DNA from: Haematospirillum jordaniae
Sequence record: NZ_CP014526.1
Length of the DNA: 32,967 nucleotides
Strand: one strand, 5' to 3'
Shown here: piece after piece, positions 8,399 to 16,455 of the stretch
How the letters are laid out: each line of letters begins with the position of its first letter
Numbering within the stretch: the first letter of the stretch is position 1
Position numbers and translations under genes: made by a program
Notes under the pieces: model-generated
What the model saw: only the letters and a program-made list of their open reading frames with translations
Databases searched by the model: none
Told to the model about the DNA's origin: nothing

Positions 8399-10174
8399 AT
8401 GACATGCCTCACAGACAGCATAGAAACGGACACCTCAACGCGCCTAATTGCCCGAAATCTGTTCTGGCAGGGCTACACGGTTGCGGAAATATCCCGCACT
8501 TTGTCCCAGCCCTACGGCACCATTGACGCCTGGAAACGCCGGGATGCATGGCAGGACGCGCCGATACTGACGCGCATAGAGGGGCACGTTGAAACCCGCC
8601 TTATGCGACTGGTGGTCAAGGAGCAGAAGACAGATTCCGACCTTGCGGAGATTGACAATCTTGCACGCATTCTGGAGCGCACGGCCCGCATACAACGCTT
8701 CAAGACAACGGGCCGGGAGTCCGACCTCAACCCGGCCCTTGAGAACCGGGCAAAGGGACGGCGCCGGAAGCGGGAGGAGCAAAACGCCATCAGCGATGAG
8801 CAGGTCTGCACTTTGCGCCACGATTTTCACGCCAATCTGTTTGACTACCAGAAGTACTGGCACAGCGTGCGCCATAACCGGGCGCGCAACATTTTGAAGT
8901 CTCGTCAAATTGGTGCCACGTGGTATTTCGCACGGGAAGCGTTTCTCGATGCGGTAGAAACCGGCGATAACCAGATCTTCCTGAGCGCCTCAAAAGCACA
9001 GGCACATGTTTTCAGGAGCTACATCGTTCAGTGGGCCAAGGATGCTGCCGGTATAGAACTGAAAGGCGATCCTATTGTTCTTGCCAACGGGGCCACACTT
9101 TATTTTTTGGGTACCAACAGCAAAACCGCACAGTCCTACCATGGACACGTATACCTCGATGAGTACTCGTGGATCGCAAAATTCCTGGAATTCCGGAAAG
9201 TCGCATCAGCCATGGCGACGCACAAAAAGTGGCGACTGACTTATTTCTCGACGCCATCCGTAATCGGCAGGGATGCTCACGCCTTCTGGTCCGGGGCCGC
9301 CTGGAACAAGGGGCGGGCGAAGGCAGACAAGGTTGACTTGGATACCTCGCACACAGCCCTCAAGGCGGGGGCCACGGGACCGGATGGGCAGTGGCGGCAG
9401 ATTGTTACAATTGAAGATGCAGAGGCGGGCGGCTGTAACCTGTTCGATATTCCGAACCTCAGGCAGGAATACAACGAACAGGATTTCAGGAACCTGTTCC
9501 TGTGCGAATGGGTTGATGACACCACCTCGTTCTTCACCTTCGAGGAAATGCGCCGGTGCATGGTGGACAGCTGGGACGAATGGAGCGATTTCGCCCCGGA
9601 CCTTGCCCGCCCCTTTGGCGACAATCCGGTATGGATTGGTTACGATCCTGCCCAAACCGCTGACAACGCCTCTGTGGTGGTGGTCGCACCTCCGGCCATG
9701 GATGGCGGCAAATTCCGGGTTATCGAAAAACTATTTGTTAACGGTCAGGATTTTCAGGAGCAGGCAAACCGCATTGAAACACTGACCCGACGCTACAACG
9801 TAGCGCACATCGGCATTGACACCACAACCATTGGCGCTGGTGTTTACGAAATGGTGCGCCGTTTCTTTCCGCAGGCCCGCGCCATTACCTACAGCGTCGA
9901 AGTAAAAACCAGAATGGTCCTGAAAACCAAGCAGTTGGTTACCCGTCGGCGTCTGGAGTTCGACGCGGGTTGGACCGATGTTGCCGCCGCTTTCATGGCC
10001 ATTCGCCGCACCACAACAGCTTCTGGACGGCAAACAACTTTTTCCGCCGGTCGGACCAAGGAAACGGGACACGCCGACGTGGCATGGGCCGTGATGCATG
10101 CAATAGATCGCCTGGATTTCGACGGCTTTGAAAAGGCCGAGGGATCTTCGCACGGATTCATGGAGTTTTTCTGA
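8399..10174 (+). CDS. P: Terminase large (ATPase) subunit gpP
   Basis: 591-aa ORF, the size of P2 gpP, first gene of the P-Q operon. Confidence 0.9.
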   Translation: MTCLTDSIETDTSTRLIARNLFWQGYTVAEISRTLSQPYGTIDAWKRRDAWQDAPILTRIEGHVETRLMRLVVKEQKTDSDLAEIDNLARILERTARIQRFKTTGRESDLNPALENRAKGRRRKREEQNAISDEQVCTLRHDFHANLFDYQKYWHSVRHNRARNILKSRQIGATWYFAREAFLDAVETGDNQIFLSASKAQAHVFRSYIVQWAKDAAGIELKGDPIVLANGATLYFLGTNSKTAQSYHGHVYLDEYSWIAKFLEFRKVASAMATHKKWRLTYFSTPSVIGRDAHAFWSGAAWNKGRAKADKVDLDTSHTALKAGATGPDGQWRQIVTIEDAEAGGCNLFDIPNLRQEYNEQDFRNLFLCEWVDDTTSFFTFEEMRRCMVDSWDEWSDFAPDLARPFGDNPVWIGYDPAQTADNASVVVVAPPAMDGGKFRVIEKLFVNGQDFQEQANRIETLTRRYNVAHIGIDTTTIGAGVYEMVRRFFPQARAITYSVEVKTRMVLKTKQLVTRRRLEFDAGWTDVAAAFMAIRRTTTASGRQTTFSAGRTKETGHADVAWAVMHAIDRLDFDGFEKAEGSSHGFMEFF

Positions 10175-11118
10175 TGAGTTTGGAAACCTTTACCTTTGGC
10201 GACCCCCTTCCGGCCATCGACCAAAGAGACATAATGGGCCTCTTCCATTCCGCGTGGTCCGGCAAGTGGTATGAACCGCCCATGAGCTTTGAAGGCTTGG
10301 CTAAAGCGCTGAATTCCAATCCACACCACCAGAGCGCCATACACTACAAGGCGTCACTGCTTGCATCACGATTCAGACCGAGCCGCCTTTTATCGCGACA
10401 GGACTTCCGGCGGCTGGCACTGGATTTTCTTGTGCTTGGAAATGCGTGGGTCGAACGCCGTCAAAACCGCCTTGGCTCGACACTCCGTCTCCAGCCAACG
10501 GTGGGACGCTGGACGCGCGTGACACGAGATGGCGCGGTTGTCCTTCACGAGGGGCAGGATTATGCGATCCGCGCCCCCCATGTCCTGCACCTGATGAATA
10601 TCGACATCCACCAAGAAATCTACGGTATGCCGGACTACACCGCTGCCTTGCAGAGCGCATTTCTGAACGAAGCCGCAACCCTGTTCCGGCGGCGCTATTA
10701 CCTGAACGGCACACACGCGGGCTTTATTCTTTACATTAGTGATCCGCTCAACAGCCAGGATGACGTGGAGAAGCTGCGGGACCAGATGAAAGGGGCCAAG
10801 GGCATCGGGAATTTCAAAAACATGCTCTTGTACGCCCCGAGCGGCAAGAAAGATGGCGTACAACTGATCCCTATTTCTGAGGTCGCCGCCAAGGACGAAT
10901 TTTTCAGCATGAAAAACGTGACGCGGGACGACATTCTGGCCGCCCATCGCGTCCCGCCACAACTCCTTGGTATCGTGCCTTCGAACGCCGGTGGATTTGG
11001 ATCTGTCGAGAATGCTGCCGCCGTTTTCATCGACAACGAGATCAAACCGTTAATGACGGCATTTGAAGTGGTCAATGACTGGTGCGGTGAACAGGCTGTT
11101 GCGTGGATCGAAGCATAA
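10174..11118 (+). CDS. Q: Portal protein gpQ
   Basis: 314-aa ORF with an ATGA-type junction with P; portal-family sequence. Confidence 0.85.
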   Translation: MSLETFTFGDPLPAIDQRDIMGLFHSAWSGKWYEPPMSFEGLAKALNSNPHHQSAIHYKASLLASRFRPSRLLSRQDFRRLALDFLVLGNAWVERRQNRLGSTLRLQPTVGRWTRVTRDGAVVLHEGQDYAIRAPHVLHLMNIDIHQEIYGMPDYTAALQSAFLNEAATLFRRRYYLNGTHAGFILYISDPLNSQDDVEKLRDQMKGAKGIGNFKNMLLYAPSGKKDGVQLIPISEVAAKDEFFSMKNVTRDDILAAHRVPPQLLGIVPSNAGGFGSVENAAAVFIDNEIKPLMTAFEVVNDWCGEQAVAWIEA

Positions 11119-11179
11119 CCGAGTATTGCAGGAAGCTCCTTTATCGGTTTTTTCCGCAATACTCTCTTTGCGTGCTGCC

Positions 11180-11650
11180 TCAGCGCATGGTGAGGCGGCG
11201 GGGCTTCTGAGGCCGGGGCGCGCCCTCTTCAGCGATTGTGTAGTCTTGAGATGCTGCGGGAATTCCCATTTCGCGCCGGGCCAGATCAGCAAGAAAGGCC
11301 GATCGTGTAAGGCCTCGCTCCTTGGCGGCCTGGTCCGTGGCGTCCAGTAATCCGGCATCCATGGTGATATTGGCGCGCACCGTGCGCCCGGTCAGATGGA
11401 TAAACGGCACGGCCAGCAGAAAAGCTCCATTTTTTAAATCTGCCTGAACATCCCGCAGCCGTCGCACGACCTCAAGGGAGCGGGCACGCGGTATGCGCTC
11501 TCCCTCCAGGTGTAGGGCCACAGCCTCGGCGGCATTGGGAAGAAGCTCATCCAGCGTGTCGGCGGCTGAGAAACATCCGGGGACATCCGGAAAGTGTATC
11601 CCGTAGGCACTGTTTTCATCTTGGTGAACAACACCGATGTAATAACGCAT
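11180..11650 (-). CDS. hicB: HicB-family antitoxin (RNase-H-like N-domain plus C-terminal RHH)
   Basis: MRYYIGVVHQDENSAYGIHFPDVPGCFSAADTLDELLPNAAEAVALHLEG is a typical HicB N-domain. C-terminal NITMDAGLLDATDQAAKERGLTRSAFLADLARRE is RHH-like. Sits downstream of hicA. Confidence 0.75.
   Translation of the reverse strand: MRYYIGVVHQDENSAYGIHFPDVPGCFSAADTLDELLPNAAEAVALHLEGERIPRARSLEVVRRLRDVQADLKNGAFLLAVPFIHLTGRTVRANITMDAGLLDATDQAAKERGLTRSAFLADLARREMGIPAASQDYTIAEEGAPRPQKPRRLTMR
11185..11225. other. Candidate cos site (cohesive-end region)
   Basis: About 70 bp past the Q stop sits GGTGAGGCGGCGGGGCTTCTGAGGCCGGGGCGCGCC, resembling the P2 19-nt cohesive end as recalled (GGCGAGGCGGGGAAAGCAC). P2 cos lies about 80 bp from the end of Q. 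A 9-bp-arm inverted repeat GAGTATTGC...GCAATACTC lies just before it (about 11121..11163). Confidence 0.3.
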
Positions 11651-11665
11651 GAACGTCTCTCCTGC

Positions 11666-11893
11666 CTAAAGTAAACCGGCCTGCCGATAAATCTGACGCA
11701 CTGTACCAATCGGAAGGTCCTTTTTGGGATGCGGTACTGTGACAGTCCGGTCCTCGCATTTGAACTTGTGATGGGATCCGGTAGTTCCGACCAGTTCAAA
11801 GCCATGGGCCTCCAGAAGCTTGATCAGTTTTCGGCTGTTTGTCTCAAACACGGTGCCGCTTTGCCTCCCCTTACGCCCAAGGATTATACGCAT
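11666..11893 (-). CDS. hicA: HicA-family mRNA-interferase toxin
   Basis: C-terminus KLIKLLEAHGFELVGTTGSHHKFKCEDRTVTVPHPKKDLPIGTVRQIYRQAGLL is the HicA signature. Start chosen at the ATG near 11893; alternatives are 11923 or an internal start. Confidence 0.65.
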   Translation of the reverse strand: MRIILGRKGRQSGTVFETNSRKLIKLLEAHGFELVGTTGSHHKFKCEDRTVTVPHPKKDLPIGTVRQIYRQAGLL

Positions 11894-11923
11894 TATGATA
11901 CACACGGTCAAGCTTTGGCGCAT

Positions 11924-11939
11924 TATAATACGTATTATA
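11924..11939. promoter_or_regulatory. Palindromic operator/promoter of hicAB (TATAATACGTATTATA)
   Basis: Perfect 16-bp palindrome overlapping TATAAT boxes immediately upstream of hicA. The related direct repeat CGCATTATGATAC is about 30 bp away. Confidence 0.4.
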
Positions 11940-12065
11940 TTCGGGAGAGTGCCCGGCGCAGCCTCACATAGAGGCAGCGATGACGGGACAGCAAAGCAAG
12001 GCAGATACCGCATGCATCCAGCGTGTCAGTAAGGATGGGACGGACACAGCCGCGCCCGCAATAAA

Positions 12066-12100
12066 GACCATTTTCGCAGCGTCACGAAAATGGTGGTGAG
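12066..12100 (-). terminator. Hairpin downstream of the mazEF-like operon
   Basis: ACCATTTTCG-N8-CGAAAATGGT, a 10-bp-arm inverted repeat just after the toxin stop. The T-tract is weak. Confidence 0.3.
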
Positions 12101-12107
12101 ATCTTGC

Positions 12108-12431
12108 TCACCCGAACCCGAGGAACAGCGCCAAAGCCCTATTCACGCTGACCATGGTTTTATCATCCAGCCTGCCAAAAGCCTCGCCCACCTTGTCACG
12201 ACGCACGGTCATAACCTTGTCGACCATGATCTGTGAGGGCTTGCGCAGCCCGTTGTCAGTATCCGGAACAATATCCATGCGGATCAGCGGTGCATCAACC
12301 AATGTGCCTGTCATCAGCAGAACCGAGACGGTTGCCGTCTCAATAAACTGATCGGATTGGATCACCAAGGCCGGGCGCGGCTTCCCGAAGTCGCCCGGCA
12401 AGGAGATAGTCACAAGATCACCGCGCCTCAA
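12108..12431 (-). CDS. PemK/MazF-family endoribonuclease toxin
   Basis: MRRGDLVTISLPGDFGKPRPALVIQSDQF... is a classic MazF/Kid N-terminus. 107 aa. Confidence 0.8.
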   Translation of the reverse strand: MRRGDLVTISLPGDFGKPRPALVIQSDQFIETATVSVLLMTGTLVDAPLIRMDIVPDTDNGLRKPSQIMVDKVMTVRRDKVGEAFGRLDDKTMVSVNRALALFLGFG

Positions 12432-12652
12432 GGTTGCGCCTCATCGTCCAGATCGAGAAGAGCCGCGTCCATAAAGTCATACAAACCAGCGTCTGCCCTG
12501 TCCGCGCGAGCCACAACATGGGCTTGGCGCTGGCATTCCTCTCTGAAACCCGGTTGGCGGGTATCAGGAATCCATATCTGGACTGGCCGGAGTCCCGCAG
12601 CCCTCAGAGCAGCCCGGCGCTTGTTTACCCGCCCAGAGACTGGCGTTGGCAT
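12428..12652 (-). CDS. Cognate antitoxin (MazE/PemI-like, small DNA-binding)
   Basis: 74 aa with a 4-nt overlap with the toxin; acidic C-terminus; RAALRAAGLRPVQIWIPD motif. Confidence 0.55.
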   Translation of the reverse strand: MPTPVSGRVNKRRAALRAAGLRPVQIWIPDTRQPGFREECQRQAHVVARADRADAGLYDFMDAALLDLDDEAQP

Positions 12653-12678
12653 GGGGGCCTCCTGTATATAAGCCTACG

Positions 12679-12692
12679 CGTTACATGTAACG
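12679..12692. promoter_or_regulatory. Operator palindrome CGTTACATGTAACG upstream of the mazEF-like operon
   Basis: Perfect 14-bp palindrome next to TATATA, about 30 bp upstream of the antitoxin start. Confidence 0.4.
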
Positions 12693-12751
12693 TAACCGAT
12701 GGTGGGTGGAGGTGTCAAGACCAGTCTCTTTCCGCGCTTTTTTTAGACCTA

Positions 12752-12835
12752 TCCAGCGAAGACAGCTCACAGCCTTATGCAACTAAATTCAGTTGCATTT
12801 AAAGGATCCTTTCCCTATACTGGGGGCACAAGCTA
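12752..12835. repeat. Direct repeat copy A (about 80 bp), containing the hicAB-2 promoter/operator
   Basis: GCGAAGACAGC..CAGCCTTATGCAACT(A/G)AATT(C/T)AGTTGCAT.TAAAGGATC.TTTCCCTATACT recurs at 13600..13680. It contains the inverted repeat TGCAACTNAATTNAGTTGCA and a TATACT -10-like box, followed by a Shine-Dalgarno and hicA-2. Confidence 0.6.
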
Positions 12836-12849
12836 GGAATTAAGGTGGC

Positions 12850-13104
12850 ATGAACAGGCGTAGCAAGCTGGTGGACCGTTTCCGGGCCTGCCCCAAGGAC
12901 TTCACATGGAAAGAACTGGTGAAGGTTCTGGAAGGCTTTGGGTACACAGAGGTCACCGGCGGCAAGACAGGTGGTTCGCGTCGTCGTTTTATCCATCCCG
13001 ATGCCGCCTCCCTTTCCTTGCACAAGCCGCATCCAGGGACCATCCTGAAGCTGTATGCGCTCGAAGCTGTTTTACAGCATCTGAAAGACGAGGGCCTTCT
13101 ATGA
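12850..13104 (+). CDS. hicA: HicA-family toxin (second copy, long form)
   Basis: FTWKELVKVLEGFGYTEVTGGKTGGSRRRFIHPD...LHKPHPGTILKLYALEAVLQHL is the HicA/YcfA fold signature. Confidence 0.7.
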   Translation: MNRRSKLVDRFRACPKDFTWKELVKVLEGFGYTEVTGGKTGGSRRRFIHPDAASLSLHKPHPGTILKLYALEAVLQHLKDEGLL

Positions 13105-13529
13105 AGACAATGATGGAGTACAAAGGGTATTACGGAAGCGCTGAGTTCAGTCCTGACGACGAGGTTTTTCACGGAAAGCTCGAATTCATCCGCGATCTGG
13201 TCACCTATGAATCAGACGACGCCAAAGGTCTGAAGCGGGCCTTCCATGAAGCCGTTGATGATTACTTGGCGCTTTGCCATGAAAATGGACGCAAGCCGCA
13301 AGTCCCCATGAAAGGCTCCTTCAACGTCCGGGTCGGGCGCGACCTGCATCGCCGCGCCATGCTGAGCGCTCATCGACATGGCGTGGGACTGAACGACACC
13401 GTAACAGAGGCCCTGCGCCGCTACCTGGACGAAGTGGACGAACTGTTACCGGAGCATCTGCGCCATGGCATGCCGGAAGCTCAGGAACACAATGACAAAC
13501 CTGGGCGGCGTCCGCTCGCCTCACGGTAA
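13101..13529 (+). CDS. hicB: HicB-family antitoxin (second copy)
   Basis: ATG at 13101 overlaps the hicA stop (ATGA). N-domain MKTMMEYKGYYGSAEFSPDDEVFHGKLEFIRD... and C-terminal RHH (SFNVRVGRDLHRRAMLSAHRHGVGLNDTVTEALRRYL). Confidence 0.7.
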   Translation: MKTMMEYKGYYGSAEFSPDDEVFHGKLEFIRDLVTYESDDAKGLKRAFHEAVDDYLALCHENGRKPQVPMKGSFNVRVGRDLHRRAMLSAHRHGVGLNDTVTEALRRYLDEVDELLPEHLRHGMPEAQEHNDKPGRRPLASR

Positions 13530-13550
13530 AAGCTGGTAACGGCAGCATCC

Positions 13551-13612
13551 GTGCCGTTTTCCGCCGCTATAGCGGCGCTCCAGAGCGCCTTCCTGAACGA
13601 GGCCGCGAAGAC
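13551..13612 (+). pseudogene. Orphan fragment of a portal (Q-like) gene
   Basis: Encodes ...AAIAALQSAFLNEAA, matching gpQ residues ...YTAALQSAFLNEAA (10640..10680) at about 75% nucleotide identity. It is fused directly to repeat copy B, and no full portal ORF is present there. Confidence 0.5.
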
Positions 13613-13680
13613 AGCCCGCAGCCTTATGCAACTGAATTTAGTTGCATATAAAGGATCTTTTCCCTATACTAATGGCACGG
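13600..13680. repeat. Direct repeat copy B (partner of 12752..12835)
   Basis: Same ~80-bp unit with the TGCAACTGAATTTAGTTGCA inverted repeat. No gene follows on the plus strand. Confidence 0.6.
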
Positions 13681-13932
13681 CAGGAAAAGCAGAAAAAAAC
13701 GAAGTCTCCCCCCGCCACGCTTGCGGCTTAAATATGCCTCACATTCTGCAGTGCAGAGAGTGCCTCTACGCCAGCAGTTGCCTTGCTTTCCACGCACCAT
13801 GGAGACCTGTCAAATCTCTGCATTTTTCTGCTGTTATTCTGCAGTACGCCGCACGGTGATTAACAGGCCGCCAAGGCAATAGCCTATCAACATTACCATA
13901 TCCCCATATTTGTAAATTTACGCATTGCCATA

Positions 13933-14178
13933 TCAGGCGATTGGCGGATAATCATACTTCTTGAACAAATCATTCAGCGCCTCGGTTACAAGCTCCTTTA
14001 TCGAGTTCCGCCGCATCTCAAGTCGCATTTTGTCAACTTGGTAATGCGCCTCTGCCGGTATCTCGACGATCAATTTCTTTGTCGGTCGCTCAATTGGCGT
14101 AAGCCCCGGGTCAATGGTGACAGGCGTTTTAGGCGTGAGTTTATTATGCAATGCAGCGTGCAGGCTTGGCTTTGCCAT
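13933..14178 (-). CDS. parG: ParG-like RHH partition protein (centromere-binding)
   Basis: From the internal start: MAKPSLHAALHNKLTPKTPVTIDPGLTPIERPTKKLIVEIPAEAHYQVDKMRLEMRRNSIKELVTEALNDLFKKY. This is a small basic protein with an RHH fold, immediately downstream of parA. The start is uncertain (overlaps parA by about 35 nt). Confidence 0.5.
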   Translation of the reverse strand: MAKPSLHAALHNKLTPKTPVTIDPGLTPIERPTKKLIVEIPAEAHYQVDKMRLEMRRNSIKELVTEALNDLFKKYDYPPIA

Positions 14179-14803
14179 GTGTCTTGCTCTCCATCTGGTT
14201 AATAATAAAACGGTATAATGCTGCGATTTCTTCGGCGGCTTTACTGTCTGATCCAAGCTCCTGAACGCCCTTGCCCATTGTGAAGGCATGAACAAAGGCC
14301 ATGCGATTGCCAATGGTGACGGGGGCAAGCGCAACGCCGTACCCTCTGATCGCCTCGGCGGCCTCCTCCGTAAGACTCCCGCGCGGTGGAGTTTGGGTCA
14401 GAACGGAAACAGCGGGCTTGCCTGCAAGCTGGGCTATTTTCACACTCGAACTGATTGCGCGTAGATCAACAAGCGACGGCTTGCACGGGATCAAGATCAG
14501 GTCAGCAAAGGCAGCGGCATCCAGAGCATCTTTTTGTGAGTGCGGAGCCGTATCAAAAATGACAAAGGCTGCTCCACTCTGGCGGGCAGTTTCGATGTAA
14601 TGCGGAATGCGGGCGGCATGAAGGGAAATGACTGCGGGTGACTCATCGTCTCGGCTGTCCTTCCACCCCATAGACGATGCCTGCGGATCAAGATCGAAGA
14701 TTGCGGCCGCCCTACCATCACGTTCAGCAGCGATTGCAAGATTAATGGCAAGGGTCGTTTTACCGGCCCCTCCTTTTTGCGATATGACAGCTATTGTCCT
14801 CAT
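14144..14803 (-). CDS. parA: ParA/ParF-type partition ATPase (small type Ib)
   Basis: Deviant Walker A box KGGAGKTT near the N-terminus (MRTIAVISQKGGAGKTTLAINLA). About 219 aa. Confidence 0.8.
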   Translation of the reverse strand: MRTIAVISQKGGAGKTTLAINLAIAAERDGRAAAIFDLDPQASSMGWKDSRDDESPAVISLHAARIPHYIETARQSGAAFVIFDTAPHSQKDALDAAAFADLILIPCKPSLVDLRAISSSVKIAQLAGKPAVSVLTQTPPRGSLTEEAAEAIRGYGVALAPVTIGNRMAFVHAFTMGKGVQELGSDSKAAEEIAALYRFIINQMESKTHGKAKPARCIA

Positions 14804-14804
14804 A

Positions 14805-15060
14805 CCATATCCCCATATTGCCACATTTAATGTTTTTTACATGGCCATATTTACTGATTGTCATACTGCCATAATTATCCAAATTTACAACCCCTTATCA
14901 GGGTACACCTTCGTCGTCGTAAAAAACGTTGTAAGCGTCTTTGCATTCGTCAGAGCATAGCTCCTGCACGTCCACCGATACTATATAGGTATACTTATGG
15001 GGGATTATTTCAGCCGTATCGCGATGCTAAGGCTTTAATCATTAATTGGTGTATACGTAT
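14805..15060. repeat. AT-rich repeat array upstream of parA (candidate centromere/par operator)
   Basis: Multiple (T/G)GCCATA(T/A) and CCATAT motifs (ccatatccccatattgccacat..ggccatatttactgattgtcatactgccataatt). The 16-mer ACCATATCCCCATATT recurs downstream of parG at about 13889. Confidence 0.35.
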
Positions 15061-15353
15061 TTATTTATGATAAAAAGAATACCTTGAACTATAAAATACA
15101 ACATATGATTTTTGAAGTTAGATTCATCCATGAAAAAGATGACTCAATAAACTAAGTCAGATTAATAGCATTAATGGGGTTGTCAGAAAAAAGCCTCTGT
15201 GCTGACATGTAGACCACATTCAACTTCACCTGTATCGATATCAGCGTCATTCACAAGCACAGCTAGAAAAAGCTGATCCGTTTTAATGTTTAGGAACAAT
15301 GGAAAACCAAGCATCACTTGCGTGGGACAACATCAGTACGAGAGAAAATTATA

Positions 15354-15743
15354 ATGTCGAAGAAACGTGTTTTTGTAAGTTTTGACTACGACAATGACAA
15401 TGAATTAAAGGAATTGCTCGTTGGGCAAGCAAAAAATCCCGACACGCCGTTCGAACTCGCAGACTGGTCTATAAAAGAACACCTGACAGGGGATTGGAAA
15501 GATAAAGCAAAAAAAAGAATTCGGTCTGTAGACCAAGTAATTGTTCTCTGCGGCGAGAGCACACACAAGGCAAATGGCGTTGCCGATGAACTTAGAATAA
15601 CTCAAGAAGAGGGAAAAGATTATTTCTTGTTGAAAGGTTATAAGGATAAAGAATGTACAAAACCGACATCAGCTCTTAAAACAGATAAAATGTATACATG
15701 GAATTGGGACAATCTCAAGGCGTTAATAAATGGGAACCGCTAG
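15354..15743 (+). CDS. TIR-like domain protein (DUF1863/ThsB-like)
   Basis: MSKKRVFVSFDYDNDNELKELLVGQAKNP... and VDQVIVLCGESTHKANGVADELRITQEEGKDYFLL match the DUF1863 TIR-like hallmark (RVFISF-DYD start; vivLiGe-T---WV--Ei motif with the catalytic-position Glu). The gene and its surroundings are markedly AT-rich compared with the rest of the window. Confidence 0.7.
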   Translation: MSKKRVFVSFDYDNDNELKELLVGQAKNPDTPFELADWSIKEHLTGDWKDKAKKRIRSVDQVIVLCGESTHKANGVADELRITQEEGKDYFLLKGYKDKECTKPTSALKTDKMYTWNWDNLKALINGNR

Positions 15744-15748
15744 ATCCC

Positions 15749-16249
15749 ATGATTGGCGTCTGGAACAGAGAAAGCAAGGATTGCATCGAACGCGAAAAAG
15801 AGATCGCAACAGAGCAATACAAACTTTATGTTGAGATGGCTGATAAGATCAGCGATCGGCGCGTACATGCAAACAAATTTTATGTTGCCCTCAATTCTAG
15901 CCTAATAGCTTTTTACGGCTTCGCTACAGCCAAGAACTCCATCGTCCAAAATGATTCTTGGCTGTATCTAGTGCTTATAGCCGGAATTCTTATTTGTTTT
16001 TTGTGGATCGAAACCGTCAAATCATACAAGAATATTAATACAGTCAAATTCAAGGTGATACATGAAATAGAGGAACACCTTCCTCTTGCACTATATAAAT
16101 ACGAGTGGGAGCTTGCCAAGCAAGGCGATGGATCAAAATACCGCCCTACATCGCATATTGAAATGATTGTTCCATGGGTATTTGGATTTCTTTACGTAAT
16201 AATTGTATCATGCAAATGCTACTCTTATTTTTTTGAACTTTATCATTAA
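15749..16249 (+). CDS. Small membrane protein with 2-3 TM helices, SLATT-like; candidate effector partner of the TIR protein
   Basis: Starts 5 nt after the TIR stop (same operon). Hydrophobic helices FYVALNSSLIAFYGFATA, WLYLVLIAGILICFLWIETV and IVPWVFGFLYVIIVSC, with a charged N-terminal helix and a helical segment between TM2 and TM3. The size (~166 aa) and topology fit SLATT-type 2TM effector domains that associate with TIR/SMODS/SLOG genes. Same low-GC composition as the TIR gene. Confidence 0.45.
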   Translation: MIGVWNRESKDCIEREKEIATEQYKLYVEMADKISDRRVHANKFYVALNSSLIAFYGFATAKNSIVQNDSWLYLVLIAGILICFLWIETVKSYKNINTVKFKVIHEIEEHLPLALYKYEWELAKQGDGSKYRPTSHIEMIVPWVFGFLYVIIVSCKCYSYFFELYH

Positions 16250-16254
16250 ATGTC

Positions 16255-16300
16255 CTTGATCGGGGGCGATGTTTGCCGGACCCCGATCAAGCGATTTATT
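16255..16300 (+). terminator. Rho-independent terminator after the TIR/TM operon
   Basis: CTTGATCGGGG-N-CCCCGATCAAG stem followed by a TTTATTTTT run. Confidence 0.5.
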
Positions 16301-16455
16301 TTTCTTAAAGCACCTACGCATAAACGGCCATTTACAAGCCGGTCCGGTTTCGAGACACCGGGCACGGCAACAGGCGGCGTCCACGCTCTCAAAAACCACG
16401 CTTGAAACCATGTCGGTTCTTGGTGATGTTTACGATGCGTTTTGAGGGAGATGTC

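Noticed and set aside
8444-9655. Minus-strand ORFs inside terminase gene P
   Set aside because: Antisense to a 591-aa ORF with clear terminase identity.
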